A stretch of DNA of 62,926 nucleotides, filler included. It is 4 parts of 4 records of this genome, joined end to end, with 100 filler letters (N's around TTAATTAATTAA, not from the genome) between each part and the next. Parts side by side here need not be neighbours in the genome. Positions count along the whole stretch, not along the records: positions 41,881 to 62,926 come from SRR31156797_519; 3 more parts are not named here. One strand, 5' to 3'. Shown here piece by piece: positions 49,176 through 59,962 of the stretch. Within the stretch, counting starts at the first letter, position 1. Each line of letters opens with the position of its first letter. Position numbers and translations under genes: made by a program. The notes beneath the pieces are model-generated. The model searched no databases and had not been told where the DNA came from. It saw only the letters and a program-made list of their open reading frames with translations.

Positions 49176-50318
49176 ATGAAAATTATTTTTAATACAAAAT
49201 ACCCGGATGCCCCCGCATCATTATTTTATTCTTCAGCTTTTAAACGTTTGAAGCAGGTAAGCTTCTACGACTGGGAACATTATCAAAATTATAACATAGC
49301 ACTTTTTATGACCTATCAACAAGATCTTCAGGATCTTATTGATGCGAAAAAAAAGTCACCAGAATTAAAAGTGGGCCTGATTGATCCCCGGGGCAAGCAG
49401 GTTATTAATTTTCTGAAATATATTGATTTTCTCATAGTAGACAGTCTGGAAATGAAAGACTACTTTGCCGGTTTCGGGTTACCGATTTTATTATATGCAG
49501 AATATCCTGATATCAGGGAATTTAAAAAAGAACATACTGATAAAAAGACTATTATCATTGGCTACCACGGTAATAGCCTCCATCTTGCAGGGATGCATTC
49601 ACATGCAACGTTGGCCCTTGAGGCATTGGCCAAAACATATTCAATTGAACTGTGGGCTATGTATAATATTAAAAATCAAGGGCAATGTCGACTTGGTATG
49701 CCAACGAATATGCCGGTCAGACATATTCAATGGGACATTAATAATTATGAAAAAATTCTTTCACAGGTCGATATTGGCATTGTACCAAATCTGATGCCCA
49801 TACGGAATATTAAAAAAATTAAACGAAAAGCAACACTTTTGAAAAGTTTTTTTAATGAAAGCGATGATGATTATCTTGTCCGATATAAAATGCCATCAAA
49901 CCCAGGACGAATTATCATTTTTGGGAAACTAAATATTCCGGTTATCAGCGATTTTTACCCATCGGCGCTCCAGGTTATTCAAGATGGTTTCAACGGAAGA
50001 TTAGTGTACAGTGCCGGAGGATGGTACTCAGCTTTAAAAGAATTGATTGCAGATGCCGCTAAAAGAAATATTTACGCTGAAAATATGAACTCTGGTATAA
50101 AAATGAAATATGATTATGAAATTCAAAACAATAATGCGATGTCGTTTTTCAAGCAGTTATTAGATGGTGACATTACCCGTGAATCTGCCCTTCCACAAAT
50201 ATTTAGTAATCTGACGTTCAAACGGGATACAAAGTTCTGGATAGCTATTGCTCAGATGAAAATAGACCAGGCAAAAAATCAGTTCAAACATGTTATAAAA
50301 AAATTAGGATTAAGGTAA
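49176..50318 (+). CDS. GT-B-fold glycosyltransferase-like protein
   Basis: IGYHG, DIGIVP, K.PSN.GR...IPVI and I.DG.NG; cluster context. Confidence 0.65.
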   Translation: MKIIFNTKYPDAPASLFYSSAFKRLKQVSFYDWEHYQNYNIALFMTYQQDLQDLIDAKKKSPELKVGLIDPRGKQVINFLKYIDFLIVDSLEMKDYFAGFGLPILLYAEYPDIREFKKEHTDKKTIIIGYHGNSLHLAGMHSHATLALEALAKTYSIELWAMYNIKNQGQCRLGMPTNMPVRHIQWDINNYEKILSQVDIGIVPNLMPIRNIKKIKRKATLLKSFFNESDDDYLVRYKMPSNPGRIIIFGKLNIPVISDFYPSALQVIQDGFNGRLVYSAGGWYSALKELIADAAKRNIYAENMNSGIKMKYDYEIQNNNAMSFFKQLLDGDITRESALPQIFSNLTFKRDTKFWIAIAQMKIDQAKNQFKHVIKKLGLR

Positions 50319-50324
50319 CTAAAT

Positions 50325-52046
50325 ATGAAAATACTAGGGGTGCGTTATGGCCATGATTCAGGAGCTGCAATTATTATTGACGGTATTATCATTGCGAACA
50401 TTGCTGAAGAAAGGCTAAGCCGTATAAAAAATGATGGCTCTTTTCCCTACAAAGCGATAAATGAATGTTTAAAAATCGCTGAAATTTCAGCAGATAAAAT
50501 TGATACCCTTGCCATACCCAGTGAAACAATTCCTGAAGTTTTTTTCTCTTTTTTCAAATTTCCAAAATCGAATTCATTCGTAAAAAATAAAAGCCTTGCA
50601 AATAGATTGAAATCACAAATCAAGGAATCTCTATACGGTTCTCAATCCCAAAATATTACTTTGCCGTTATACCAAAAACCATTATGGTTGTCTGAAACCT
50701 GTAAAATACATTTTTGTGAACATCATAGAGCCCATGCAGCCTCTGCATACTACACGTCAGGTTTGTCAGAAAAAGCCCTGATTGTAACAATGGATGGCAG
50801 AGGTGATAATATTTCTGCTGCAGTCTGGGAGGGTGAAAAAGGTAAAATCAAAGAATTATATAAAGTAGACGGGGGTGGTTCCCTTGGATGGTTTTACAGC
50901 AATATTACTGAAGCTATGGGTTGGAGGCATGGAAGCGGTGAATGGAAAGTTATGGGGCTTGCACCCTATGGAAAACCAGTTCAGGATGCATTCAAGGGAT
51001 TTTACCCTGAGTACAAAGATGGTTACCTCATAAAAAAACACGAATTTGGGAATTTTGGTCGCTGGAATGAGCGTGGAGCAAATCATTACCATGGAAAAGA
51101 TGCATCAAACCTACAAAAGATAGTACACAAAATTGGAAGAGAAAGTTCAGCGGCAGAAGCCCAGCGTGTTGTAGAAGAGCAAGCGATGAATTTTATAAAG
51201 CCTTGGTTACTTAAAGAGAATGTGAAACATCTTTGCTGCGCCGGAGGTTTTTTCCTGAATGTTAAATTTAATCAACGTTTATGGTATTCAGGGTTATTGG
51301 AAAGCCAGTGGATTTACCCTGATTGTGGTGACAGTGGCCTTGCCGTTGGATCTGCTCTTGATGCACTATATTGTAATGAAAATTCAGCAATTAAAACTAC
51401 AAAAATGGATCACCTCTATTTAGGGCCTGAATTTTCAAATTCCGAAATTGAAATACTGTTAAAAGAGCGTGGCCTGATATACCGGAAAACAGATAGCCCC
51501 GCTTTAGATGCAGCAGAATATTTATCTAAAAACCTTGTCATTGGGTGGTTTCAGGGAAGAATGGAGGCTGGCCCACGAGCTTTGGGTAACAGATCGATCC
51601 TTATGAGTCCGCTTAACCCGGAAAATAAGGATATAATAAATGCTAAAGTAAAATATCGAGAGACATTTCGACCGTTTTGTCCATCCATGTTAGCAGAAGC
51701 AAAAGATAAGTATTTACGCAATGCAAGAGATGAAAATTTCATGGTAACGTCCTTTGATGTGTTGCCTGATATGATAAAACATATCCCTGCAGTCGTTCAT
51801 GAGGATTCAACAACGCGACCTCAAATGGTCAAAAAACATGTAAACCCTCTCTATTACGATTTAATACGCTTATTTGGTGAAATAACAGGCGAGGACGTCA
51901 TTCTAAACACCTCGTTCAACGTCCGGGGCGAACCTATTGTCTGCCACCCCAGAGAAGCAATCCGCTGTTTCTTTGATACAGGGCTTGATGCCCTTATTCT
52001 AGGGAATTTTGTAATAGAAAAACCAATTCTCAACTATAGGGATTAA
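50325..52046 (+). CDS. NodU/CmcH-family O-carbamoyltransferase
   Basis: HDSGAA...EERLSR.K, HHRAHAAS, DGRGD, KVMGLAPYG, GPRALGNRS and LNTSFN. Confidence 0.93.
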   Translation: MKILGVRYGHDSGAAIIIDGIIIANIAEERLSRIKNDGSFPYKAINECLKIAEISADKIDTLAIPSETIPEVFFSFFKFPKSNSFVKNKSLANRLKSQIKESLYGSQSQNITLPLYQKPLWLSETCKIHFCEHHRAHAASAYYTSGLSEKALIVTMDGRGDNISAAVWEGEKGKIKELYKVDGGGSLGWFYSNITEAMGWRHGSGEWKVMGLAPYGKPVQDAFKGFYPEYKDGYLIKKHEFGNFGRWNERGANHYHGKDASNLQKIVHKIGRESSAAEAQRVVEEQAMNFIKPWLLKENVKHLCCAGGFFLNVKFNQRLWYSGLLESQWIYPDCGDSGLAVGSALDALYCNENSAIKTTKMDHLYLGPEFSNSEIEILLKERGLIYRKTDSPALDAAEYLSKNLVIGWFQGRMEAGPRALGNRSILMSPLNPENKDIINAKVKYRETFRPFCPSMLAEAKDKYLRNARDENFMVTSFDVLPDMIKHIPAVVHEDSTTRPQMVKKHVNPLYYDLIRLFGEITGEDVILNTSFNVRGEPIVCHPREAIRCFFDTGLDALILGNFVIEKPILNYRD

Positions 52047-52051
52047 AACTT

Positions 52052-52858
52052 GTGATAAAATATTTTGATCCTGTAAATACTCGACTTGTGTATGTTAACA
52101 AAAAAACAAGCACCCGGTTTTGGGATTCACATTGGGATAAATATGATTTAGAAAAGATGATCAAGTCCGCTCTTTTAAACAGAATGATTCTTGTTCCAAC
52201 CCAAAAGTATCTTTCTAAAGGTTCACGAGTACTTGAAGGTGGATGCGGATTAGGCCAAAATGTCTGGTCATTACATAAAAATGGCTATAATACATATGGC
52301 GTTGATTATGCAAAGAAAACAGTTGGAAAAATAAATCAAGCTATACCTGAATTGAAAGTAACATACGGAGATGTAAGATCCCTCGATTTTGAAAATGATT
52401 TTTTTGACGGCTACTGGTCTCTTGGGGTAATTGAACATTTTTATGATGGTTTTTCTACTATTGCCTCTGAAATGAAAAGAGTTATAAGGCCGGGTGGATT
52501 TCTTTTTTTAACTTTTCCCTGCATGTCAAAATTCAGAGAAAAGAAGACCGTTCAGGATAAATATCTGCTATGGCAAGAATCAAAAGAGTTATTAGCTAAT
52601 TTTTATCAGTTCGCCTTATCAGTCAACAATGTACAATCTGAATTCAGGGATAGAGGCTTTGAGCTTGTTGAAAGTAAATCCGTAGCTGGTTTAAAAGGGT
52701 TTAAGGACGAGATAGAACATCAACAACTAAAGCGGCAGCTTCAACGACTCTATGATTCGAAGAATTTTACAGGTAGGGGGATGGCGTGGTTCCTGGATAA
52801 AATTCTTGCTCAATTTACAGGTCACAGTCAACTTTTAATTTTTAAAAATTTGAAGTGA
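52052..52858 (+). CDS. Class I SAM-dependent methyltransferase
   Basis: VLEGGCGLG, GVIEHF and RVIRPGG. Confidence 0.88.
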   Translation: MIKYFDPVNTRLVYVNKKTSTRFWDSHWDKYDLEKMIKSALLNRMILVPTQKYLSKGSRVLEGGCGLGQNVWSLHKNGYNTYGVDYAKKTVGKINQAIPELKVTYGDVRSLDFENDFFDGYWSLGVIEHFYDGFSTIASEMKRVIRPGGFLFLTFPCMSKFREKKTVQDKYLLWQESKELLANFYQFALSVNNVQSEFRDRGFELVESKSVAGLKGFKDEIEHQQLKRQLQRLYDSKNFTGRGMAWFLDKILAQFTGHSQLLIFKNLK

Positions 52859-52876
52859 AGTTGGATATTTTATAAA

Positions 52877-53590
52877 ATGATAAAAAAGATAATACTGATA
52901 TTTTTGAAACATCCTTTATTTATAGTTTTTTCTCTACGAACATCTTTAAAGGTACATAACCTTTCGTACCTGATTGCAGGTATATTAAGTTCTGAACTTG
53001 AACCGAACGGACTTCATCCTAAACACAGGTTAATGAAATATCATGAATGGTTTACTTCAAGACTTGAAAAAGAATGGGATATCCTTGATATCGGATGTGG
53101 TAATGGTGCTTTGGCATTTGACTTGAAATTGGCGTGCCGATCTGTTCTTGGGATTGATATTGAGGAAACAAATATTGAAAAGGCAAAAAAGTCACATTCG
53201 GGAAATGGAATTTCATATATATGTGCCGATGCGACCAACTATGATTTTACAGCCAAATTTGATGCAATTATACTGTCAAATGTATTAGAGCATATCGAGC
53301 ACAGGGTTGATTTTTTAAAAAAAATATATCTGAATCAGGATAGAAAAAACCCTCCGGTGTTGTTGTTACGTGTCCCCATGATCACAAGAGACTGGATTAC
53401 TTTGTACAAAAAAGAGGTTGGAATCGAATGGCGATTGGATCATTCTCATTATACCGAATATACACTGGCTCAGATCTTTGGCGAATTGAATGAAGCAGGT
53501 TTAACCGTTGAAAATTATGATATTCAATTTGGTGAATTTTATGGAGTTGTGAAAAATTTATCAATGACTACACCTATTGCCGGAACGTAA
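52877..53590 (+). CDS. Class I SAM-dependent methyltransferase
   Basis: ILDIGCGNG and SNVLEHI. Confidence 0.88.
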   Translation: MIKKIILIFLKHPLFIVFSLRTSLKVHNLSYLIAGILSSELEPNGLHPKHRLMKYHEWFTSRLEKEWDILDIGCGNGALAFDLKLACRSVLGIDIEETNIEKAKKSHSGNGISYICADATNYDFTAKFDAIILSNVLEHIEHRVDFLKKIYLNQDRKNPPVLLLRVPMITRDWITLYKKEVGIEWRLDHSHYTEYTLAQIFGELNEAGLTVENYDIQFGEFYGVVKNLSMTTPIAGT

Positions 53591-53675
53591 AGGCTCTTTT
53601 TTATCAATCTCGTTCAGACACAATTTATTAAAAAAATCAAGGCAATTATTTTTAGAAATTTTAGGGGGATTAACT

Positions 53676-54368
53676 TTGGACGAACTAATTCGAGAATCTT
53701 TAAGAAATTTTAACTCAATTGAACAAATATCTACATTGCAATTATTTATAGCCTTAACAATTAATCTTATTCTAACCATAATTCTTGTCAAATTTTATAT
53801 GATTACCCATAGGGGTTATTCGTATTCTAAATCTTATATTCAATCCATTGTTTATGTCGGACTAACGATTACACTTATTATGATTATTATCGGGTCAAAT
53901 ATTGCCAGAGCATTTGCTCTGGTAGGGGCAATGTCAATAGTTCGATTTAGAAATCCTGTAAAAGATTCGCGTGATTTAGTCTTTATTTTTATGGCAATGG
54001 CAATAGGAATGGCTTGCGGTACTCAATTTTATCTATTTGCAATAATGTTTACGATGTTTGTTGTTGCGATTGCATCATTTTTTCATATTGTAGATTTTGG
54101 AGAGTTGAGCCATCAAAGTTATATTTTTAAAATACAAATGACAAATAGAGATGAGGGATGGACGACTCCAATTTTCGAAAAATATTGTGTGAAGACATCA
54201 ATAGTATCGATCGATCGCCATGTTGGTAACGGTGATTTGGAAGACATTATTTATGAAGTCGATTTGAAGAAAAAGGCAGCTTATAATGATCTCTTTTCAG
54301 CATTATCAAAATCACCTAATGTTGATACAATAACATTACTTGTTGGCGAATCCTCTGTTAATGTTTAG
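53676..54368 (+). CDS. DUF4956 membrane protein
   Basis: Several TM helices and IARAFALVGAMSIVRFRNPVKD...IGMACG, then a soluble C-terminal domain. TTG start after AGGGGG. Confidence 0.88.
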   Translation: MDELIRESLRNFNSIEQISTLQLFIALTINLILTIILVKFYMITHRGYSYSKSYIQSIVYVGLTITLIMIIIGSNIARAFALVGAMSIVRFRNPVKDSRDLVFIFMAMAIGMACGTQFYLFAIMFTMFVVAIASFFHIVDFGELSHQSYIFKIQMTNRDEGWTTPIFEKYCVKTSIVSIDRHVGNGDLEDIIYEVDLKKKAAYNDLFSALSKSPNVDTITLLVGESSVNV

Positions 54369-54377
54369 CAATAGGTA

Positions 54378-57128
54378 ATGTACAATATGAAAATTCATTT
54401 CTATGTTTTGAAAACACGGTTAAAGATATTTATATTTTCCGCACTTCTTATTTTTCTGGGATTAATCGTGGTTGATACTCAATGGAATCTTTTAAAATAT
54501 CGTTTTTTTATTGAATCTCCGTCAAATAAAATGATTGTTAACGCTGAATATTTTGTCGGAAGTATTATCGATGCAGTCCGAATTGTGGGGAATCAGTTTC
54601 TACTTTCTTTTAATAATGCGAAACTACCAAAAGAATCAAACATTGAAACTATTCATTTAAAAGTAGAAAAAGGCTCTATTCAGAAAATGGCTAAGAATTT
54701 GCCTCATTCAGCCAAGGAAAAGTATTATCCAGCCACTCTTTTATATCCTGATGGTGAATGGAAGCCCTTAAAATATCGTTTTCGTGGAAGAAATATTTGG
54801 CATTGGCACCCAAATAAACCATCGTTAAGATTAAATTTTAAAAAGAAATTTCCAAGGAGACTGCAAGATAAGATCAATCTTGTAAATCCGGAAGACCGTG
54901 CGATGGTATCAAATGTTATTGGAGAAGAACTTGGCAGGCGTTTGGGAGTTTTAACCCATGTCACAGATTATGTCCGATTGTTTATTAATAATGGATACAG
55001 GGGGGTTTACCACCGTACGACGGTTGAAGATAAAAATATGCTTTTGCTAAATAAACGAATGCCAGGCCCAATTTTCATTGGTGATCATTTAAAAACGCCT
55101 TGGGAAAGTACTAACTTCGAAATCAAAGGGGATTTAAAAATACTGAAGAAGTTTAACCCTTTAAATGAATTATTAAATACTTTATCTTTACCAACAGGCA
55201 AGAATAAATATTCAAAATTATGGAAAATATTGTCCTTTGAAAAATATGCTGCCTGGCAAGCGACAATGAACATTGCAGGGGGGATTCATACTGATGGTCA
55301 CCACAATCATTTATATTTTTATGACCCGGCCTTAGGGCAGATAGAACCCATGATATCTGACATTAATGGCCATGGCCTTTTAACTAAACCTGTGAGTTCT
55401 GATATCGCAAAGAGAGTCCTCTCGATAAAGTTCAATGATGTTCCTTCTTATGAAGTACCTATTAACGAAAAACTTCAACAGCTTTTATACACAGCTTTGT
55501 TAGACCCCAGATTTTATCATAGAAGAAATCAAATTTTGTATGATGCAATACACGGTGTAGGGTCTCGAATGGAGCAATCTAAAATTCTGAATAAGTATTA
55601 TTCTTTAATTGATCCGGATGTAAAAGCTGACAGAAATAAAGAGTCCATTATACCTTTGTTTGTTGGCTGGTTTAGAGTGCCATACAGCAACGGTCAATAC
55701 GATCAGGCAAAACAAAATTTGTTAGAATGGATAAAAAAACGAAATATTTTTTTATTAAACAATTTAAGGAAAACTGATCTTAAAACAAAGATCTACAGTG
55801 ATGGAAATACTCATCAAGTTCTGGTTTCACTTTCAGGCTATAGCTCCCTATATTTTAACCCTGATGATTTAATTGGAAAAATTTATGGATATACGCCATT
55901 TGAGAATAATTCAGTTAAAGAAATCTCTGAGACCATTCTTCTGTCACCAGGTCTTCGTAAAGAACATAAGCAGGCATATAAACCGGGAAATCCAAATCGG
56001 AGCAGAAATTTTACCCTTTTACCGGATTTTCAATATTATGCATTTAAGGTGAAATCTATACCCCAAAAAAAATTATTGATTAGTATTCAAAATGCTTTCA
56101 CACATAGCCTAACAAAGGAAAAAATCAGGCCAGGTATCGTTATTGAGTCAAACCCACTGGACATTAAAAATGTTCAATATAATAAATTATCGCTGCACCC
56201 TTGGTCGTTAGTACTTTCATTAGATAAATCAGATATAATCATTGGACCTGAAGAGGTAGTACTTCATAAAGATTTAGTTATTCCTGAATATCGTAAATTA
56301 ATAATTTTAGCCGGCACAACATTGAAACTTGGGAAAGATGTTTCAATAGTAACTAAAGGCCCCGTTCACATTAAAGGTACAGAGCAAAAACCAGTGAATA
56401 TACAAAGATTATCTGCCAATCACCCCTGGGGGGCATTTATCATTCAAGGGGAAAGGGCCATTGGAAGTAATATTTCTTTTACTCATTTCAGTGGCGGTTC
56501 TCAAGGGCATTTTTTCAATATATATTATTCCGGAATGGTTTCTATTCATAATGCAGATAACATTTCAATCCATAATTCTAGTTTTTCACATAATATCTTT
56601 TCTGACGATATGCTGCACCTGGTTTATAGTAAAGGCGTTAAACTAAAAAATATCTCATTTGAGAATTGTTTTGCGGATAGTATAGACTTAGACTACGCAA
56701 AAGGTGATATTCAAAATATTACCATTGATCACACTGGAAATGATGGTATCGATTTTATGTCAAGTAAATTTACCTTATCAAATATATACATCACCGATGC
56801 TAAAGATAAGGGAATGTCTATAGGAGAACAATCAAATGTTCAAATTCAAACGGGCATCATAGAACGTTCAAATACTGGAATAGCAATTAAGGACGATAGT
56901 CTCGCAAAAATATCAAATATGAAATTAAAACAAAATAATGTAGCGATAGATCTTTTTATGAAGAAGGCATATTTCGGAGGTTCAGGAAATGGCCATTTGA
57001 ATAATGTTAAGTTCTTGCAAAACGAAGTGAATATTCAAATTGAAGATAATGGTAAAATACTTTGTTCTCAGGATATCCCCAGTAAAATTTTTGGTGATGG
57101 CATTGTTGAAAAGGTTAAAAATAACTGA
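54378..57128 (+). CDS. CotH-kinase-family protein with N-terminal membrane anchor and C-terminal right-handed beta-helix
   Basis: TM helix, RFRG...KPSLR, LFINNGYRGVY and HN.LFYD...EP..SD, followed by beta-helix repeats (DSIDLD, NDGIDF, DKGMSIGE, GIAIKD). Confidence 0.82.
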   Translation: MYNMKIHFYVLKTRLKIFIFSALLIFLGLIVVDTQWNLLKYRFFIESPSNKMIVNAEYFVGSIIDAVRIVGNQFLLSFNNAKLPKESNIETIHLKVEKGSIQKMAKNLPHSAKEKYYPATLLYPDGEWKPLKYRFRGRNIWHWHPNKPSLRLNFKKKFPRRLQDKINLVNPEDRAMVSNVIGEELGRRLGVLTHVTDYVRLFINNGYRGVYHRTTVEDKNMLLLNKRMPGPIFIGDHLKTPWESTNFEIKGDLKILKKFNPLNELLNTLSLPTGKNKYSKLWKILSFEKYAAWQATMNIAGGIHTDGHHNHLYFYDPALGQIEPMISDINGHGLLTKPVSSDIAKRVLSIKFNDVPSYEVPINEKLQQLLYTALLDPRFYHRRNQILYDAIHGVGSRMEQSKILNKYYSLIDPDVKADRNKESIIPLFVGWFRVPYSNGQYDQAKQNLLEWIKKRNIFLLNNLRKTDLKTKIYSDGNTHQVLVSLSGYSSLYFNPDDLIGKIYGYTPFENNSVKEISETILLSPGLRKEHKQAYKPGNPNRSRNFTLLPDFQYYAFKVKSIPQKKLLISIQNAFTHSLTKEKIRPGIVIESNPLDIKNVQYNKLSLHPWSLVLSLDKSDIIIGPEEVVLHKDLVIPEYRKLIILAGTTLKLGKDVSIVTKGPVHIKGTEQKPVNIQRLSANHPWGAFIIQGERAIGSNISFTHFSGGSQGHFFNIYYSGMVSIHNADNISIHNSSFSHNIFSDDMLHLVYSKGVKLKNISFENCFADSIDLDYAKGDIQNITIDHTGNDGIDFMSSKFTLSNIYITDAKDKGMSIGEQSNVQIQTGIIERSNTGIAIKDDSLAKISNMKLKQNNVAIDLFMKKAYFGGSGNGHLNNVKFLQNEVNIQIEDNGKILCSQDIPSKIFGDGIVEKVKNN

Positions 57129-57856
57129 TGGATAAGACATTTACCAATCGATATGAAATCAAGTATTTACTAAAGCCAAATCAATATTTGTTAATTAAAC
57201 AAAATAATTTTAATAATATGCTGGTGTCTGATATTAATAAAAATTATTATATTCAATCTATTTACTTTGATAGTCCAAATTATAGATACTATTCAGAAAA
57301 GATAGAAGGAATGACGCTACGATCTAAACCTAGGCTTAGAATATACAGAAACAATCAACGTGAAGAAATAAAAAATATTTTTCTCGAATTTAAACACAGG
57401 TATAACAAAATCGTTAAGAAGGAACGTGTTGAAATTGATATAGAAACAGCTAAAAAGTTGTTATACGGAAAGTTTGATCAATTCAAAGATATAAATCATA
57501 TACCAGAACTGCTAAGGAAATTTTACTATTTAACGAATAAATATTGTTTGAAACCGTCAATAAATATTCTATACAATAGAGCCGCCTTTTATGGTTCATT
57601 TTACCCTAATTTACGAATTACTTTTGATAGTAAAATTCAATCATCTTTGTCCGTTAGAGGTATTAAAGTTCCTTCAACATCATTAAGTTATGTTTTAAAT
57701 CCAAAAGACAGAGTCCTTGAAATAAAATATAATGACAAACTTCCAAATAGTTTATTAAATTATATTGAGACAGTAAAGCTTGAGCAACTATCCTTTTCAA
57801 AATATGCTTATAGCCTTGAAAAAAACTATACCGATATATGTTCATTGCTGAGGTAG
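57128..57856 (+). CDS. VTC-domain (polyphosphate polymerase-like, CYTH/TTM fold) protein
   Basis: RYEIKY, SIYFD, K.RLRIY, FLEFK, RITFD, VLEIKY and FSKY. TGATG overlap with the CotH gene. Confidence 0.88.
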   Translation: MDKTFTNRYEIKYLLKPNQYLLIKQNNFNNMLVSDINKNYYIQSIYFDSPNYRYYSEKIEGMTLRSKPRLRIYRNNQREEIKNIFLEFKHRYNKIVKKERVEIDIETAKKLLYGKFDQFKDINHIPELLRKFYYLTNKYCLKPSINILYNRAAFYGSFYPNLRITFDSKIQSSLSVRGIKVPSTSLSYVLNPKDRVLEIKYNDKLPNSLLNYIETVKLEQLSFSKYAYSLEKNYTDICSLLR

Positions 57857-57983
57857 AGCCGATTAATAACCAATATACAATAATAAATCTTAAACGGAAT
57901 AGTCTTTCCCATCTACCGGCTGGCAAGATTTGTTAACAAAACTATAAATTCAAGTTGGGTATGTTTGAAATTTCAAAAATATT

Positions 57984-59156
57984 ATGGTTAAATCAAAAAC
58001 CCCACATTTAATACTGTTTTTTTCATATGACAATTCACTTCGAACCTGGGCAGAGACCGGTTTGATGAGCAGAGAAATATTGTTATATAAAACAATGATC
58101 CAACAGGGCTACAAAGTCTCATTCGTAACATACGGAGATACAGATGATTACCGATATTCAAAACAGCTCGAAGGTATAAATATTATTCCGGTCTTTCGCT
58201 TTATTAATAAAAGCAAAAACAGGTGGATCAATCTGTTTAAATCTTTTTTTATTCCTTTTAATATCAGCATAAGAAATAAAATTTCTGATGCTGATATTTA
58301 CAAGACTAACCAGATGGTGGGAAGCTGGGTTCCTGTACTTGCAAGTATAATGAATAAAAAAACACTCATAGTCCGATGTGGCTATGAAATGCTTAGAAAC
58401 ATGTTAAGGGATGAAAAAAATCCTATGGTATGGGTCATAAAAGCAATTCCCGGCTATGCCTTGGAATGTCTGTGTTATCTTATTGCTGACAAAATCATCA
58501 TTTCAAATAACTCTGACAGAAATTATATTAAACGATTATTTCCAGTTAAAGATAACAAGCTTCTATTGATTAGAAATTTTATTGATACTGATCTTTTCTC
58601 TACTGACACTCCGGCCTCTATTGGGGAAAAGAAGAAAAAAACGCTTTATATTGGCCGTTTGGAATCATGCAAAAATATCGAAAATCTGATCTGCGGCAGT
58701 AGCCAGACTGATTGTGCCCTTGATATCGTAGGAACCGGTTCAAAAGCGCAGGCTCTTCAATCCCTTGCCAATAAACAAAAGGGAGAAGTCAATTTTTTAG
58801 GAAGAATAGAAAACAAAAAATTACCCGCTATAATAAAACAATATGATTTGTATATACTGCCGTCTCTTTTTGAAGGGAATCCAAAAACACTTCTTGAAGC
58901 CATGGCATGTGCAAGAGTCGTTCTCGGAACAAATGTGGCAGGCATCAAAGAGCTGATAGATGACGGGGAAACCGGATTTTTATGTGAGACTGATTCTGAA
59001 TCTATTAAAGATGCTATTCAGACTATTTGCGATACCCCTGATGAAAAGCTACGCTCAATCGCTCAGAATGCAAGAGAGTTCGTAGAAAAAGAATGCTCCA
59101 TTGAAAAAGTGCTGAGTCAGGAGATGAGGCTCTACAAGGAGCTGCTTCATGAGTAA
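57984..59156 (+). CDS. Glycosyltransferase family 4
   Basis: YIGRL...KN and PSLFEGNPKTLLEAMAC. Confidence 0.92.
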   Translation: MVKSKTPHLILFFSYDNSLRTWAETGLMSREILLYKTMIQQGYKVSFVTYGDTDDYRYSKQLEGINIIPVFRFINKSKNRWINLFKSFFIPFNISIRNKISDADIYKTNQMVGSWVPVLASIMNKKTLIVRCGYEMLRNMLRDEKNPMVWVIKAIPGYALECLCYLIADKIIISNNSDRNYIKRLFPVKDNKLLLIRNFIDTDLFSTDTPASIGEKKKKTLYIGRLESCKNIENLICGSSQTDCALDIVGTGSKAQALQSLANKQKGEVNFLGRIENKKLPAIIKQYDLYILPSLFEGNPKTLLEAMACARVVLGTNVAGIKELIDDGETGFLCETDSESIKDAIQTICDTPDEKLRSIAQNAREFVEKECSIEKVLSQEMRLYKELLHE

Positions 59157-59961
59157 TTCACCGAAATTATCCGTTGTAATGTCTGTTTATAATGGTCAGG
59201 AATATTTAGCAGAATCAATTGAAAGTATTTTGAGTCAGAGTTACACTGATTTTGAATTTATTATTATCAATGACGGGTCAACTGATGCAACAGGTAAGAT
59301 CATTGAAAGTTACTCTGAAAAAGATAATAGAATCACTTATTTTCAGCAACACAATATCGGCCTCACTAAATCCTTAAATAAAGGGATTAAAAAGGCAAAA
59401 GGCCAATATATTGCAAGACAGGATGCTGACGATGTCAGCCTTCCGGAAAGATTTAGATCACAGCTAAAATATTTAACCCGGCACCCGGATGTTGTTTTAT
59501 GCGGCACCTGGTTCCGTGAAGTCAATGAGAACAGGGGCTCAATGATCCGACGCTACCCTTTAGATAATGCTACATTAAAAAAACACCTTAGATATGTTAA
59601 CTATTTTTGCCACCCTTCGGTGATCTTTTTAAAAAAAGCGTTTACGGAGGCCGGAGGCTATGATGAAAATTTCACAACAGCACAGGATTTTGAACTCTGG
59701 ATAAGACTGGCACAAACGGGTAGGCTGGCTAATATCCCTGAGGTGCTTGTTGAAAAAAAAATCGGCTTTTCGCAAGCAATTTCCTGGAAAAACAGATCAG
59801 AAAAAAGTGAGGTGCTTAAAAAAGTGATTTCAAAGCATTTTCATTCCTTAAATGAAATAAATATTTTCATGTTTTTAAGGCACTACCTCCCCCTATTTAT
59901 ATATAGTGCCGTTCCGGTACCCGTCTTAAAATTGATCCGTCGGCTGCGATACAGAAGTTAA
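59149..59961 (+). CDS. Glycosyltransferase family 2
   Basis: SVVMSVYNG, INDGSTD, ARQDADD and QDFELW. Confidence 0.93.
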   Translation: MSNSPKLSVVMSVYNGQEYLAESIESILSQSYTDFEFIIINDGSTDATGKIIESYSEKDNRITYFQQHNIGLTKSLNKGIKKAKGQYIARQDADDVSLPERFRSQLKYLTRHPDVVLCGTWFREVNENRGSMIRRYPLDNATLKKHLRYVNYFCHPSVIFLKKAFTEAGGYDENFTTAQDFELWIRLAQTGRLANIPEVLVEKKIGFSQAISWKNRSEKSEVLKKVISKHFHSLNEINIFMFLRHYLPLFIYSAVPVPVLKLIRRLRYRS

Positions 59962-59962
59962 A

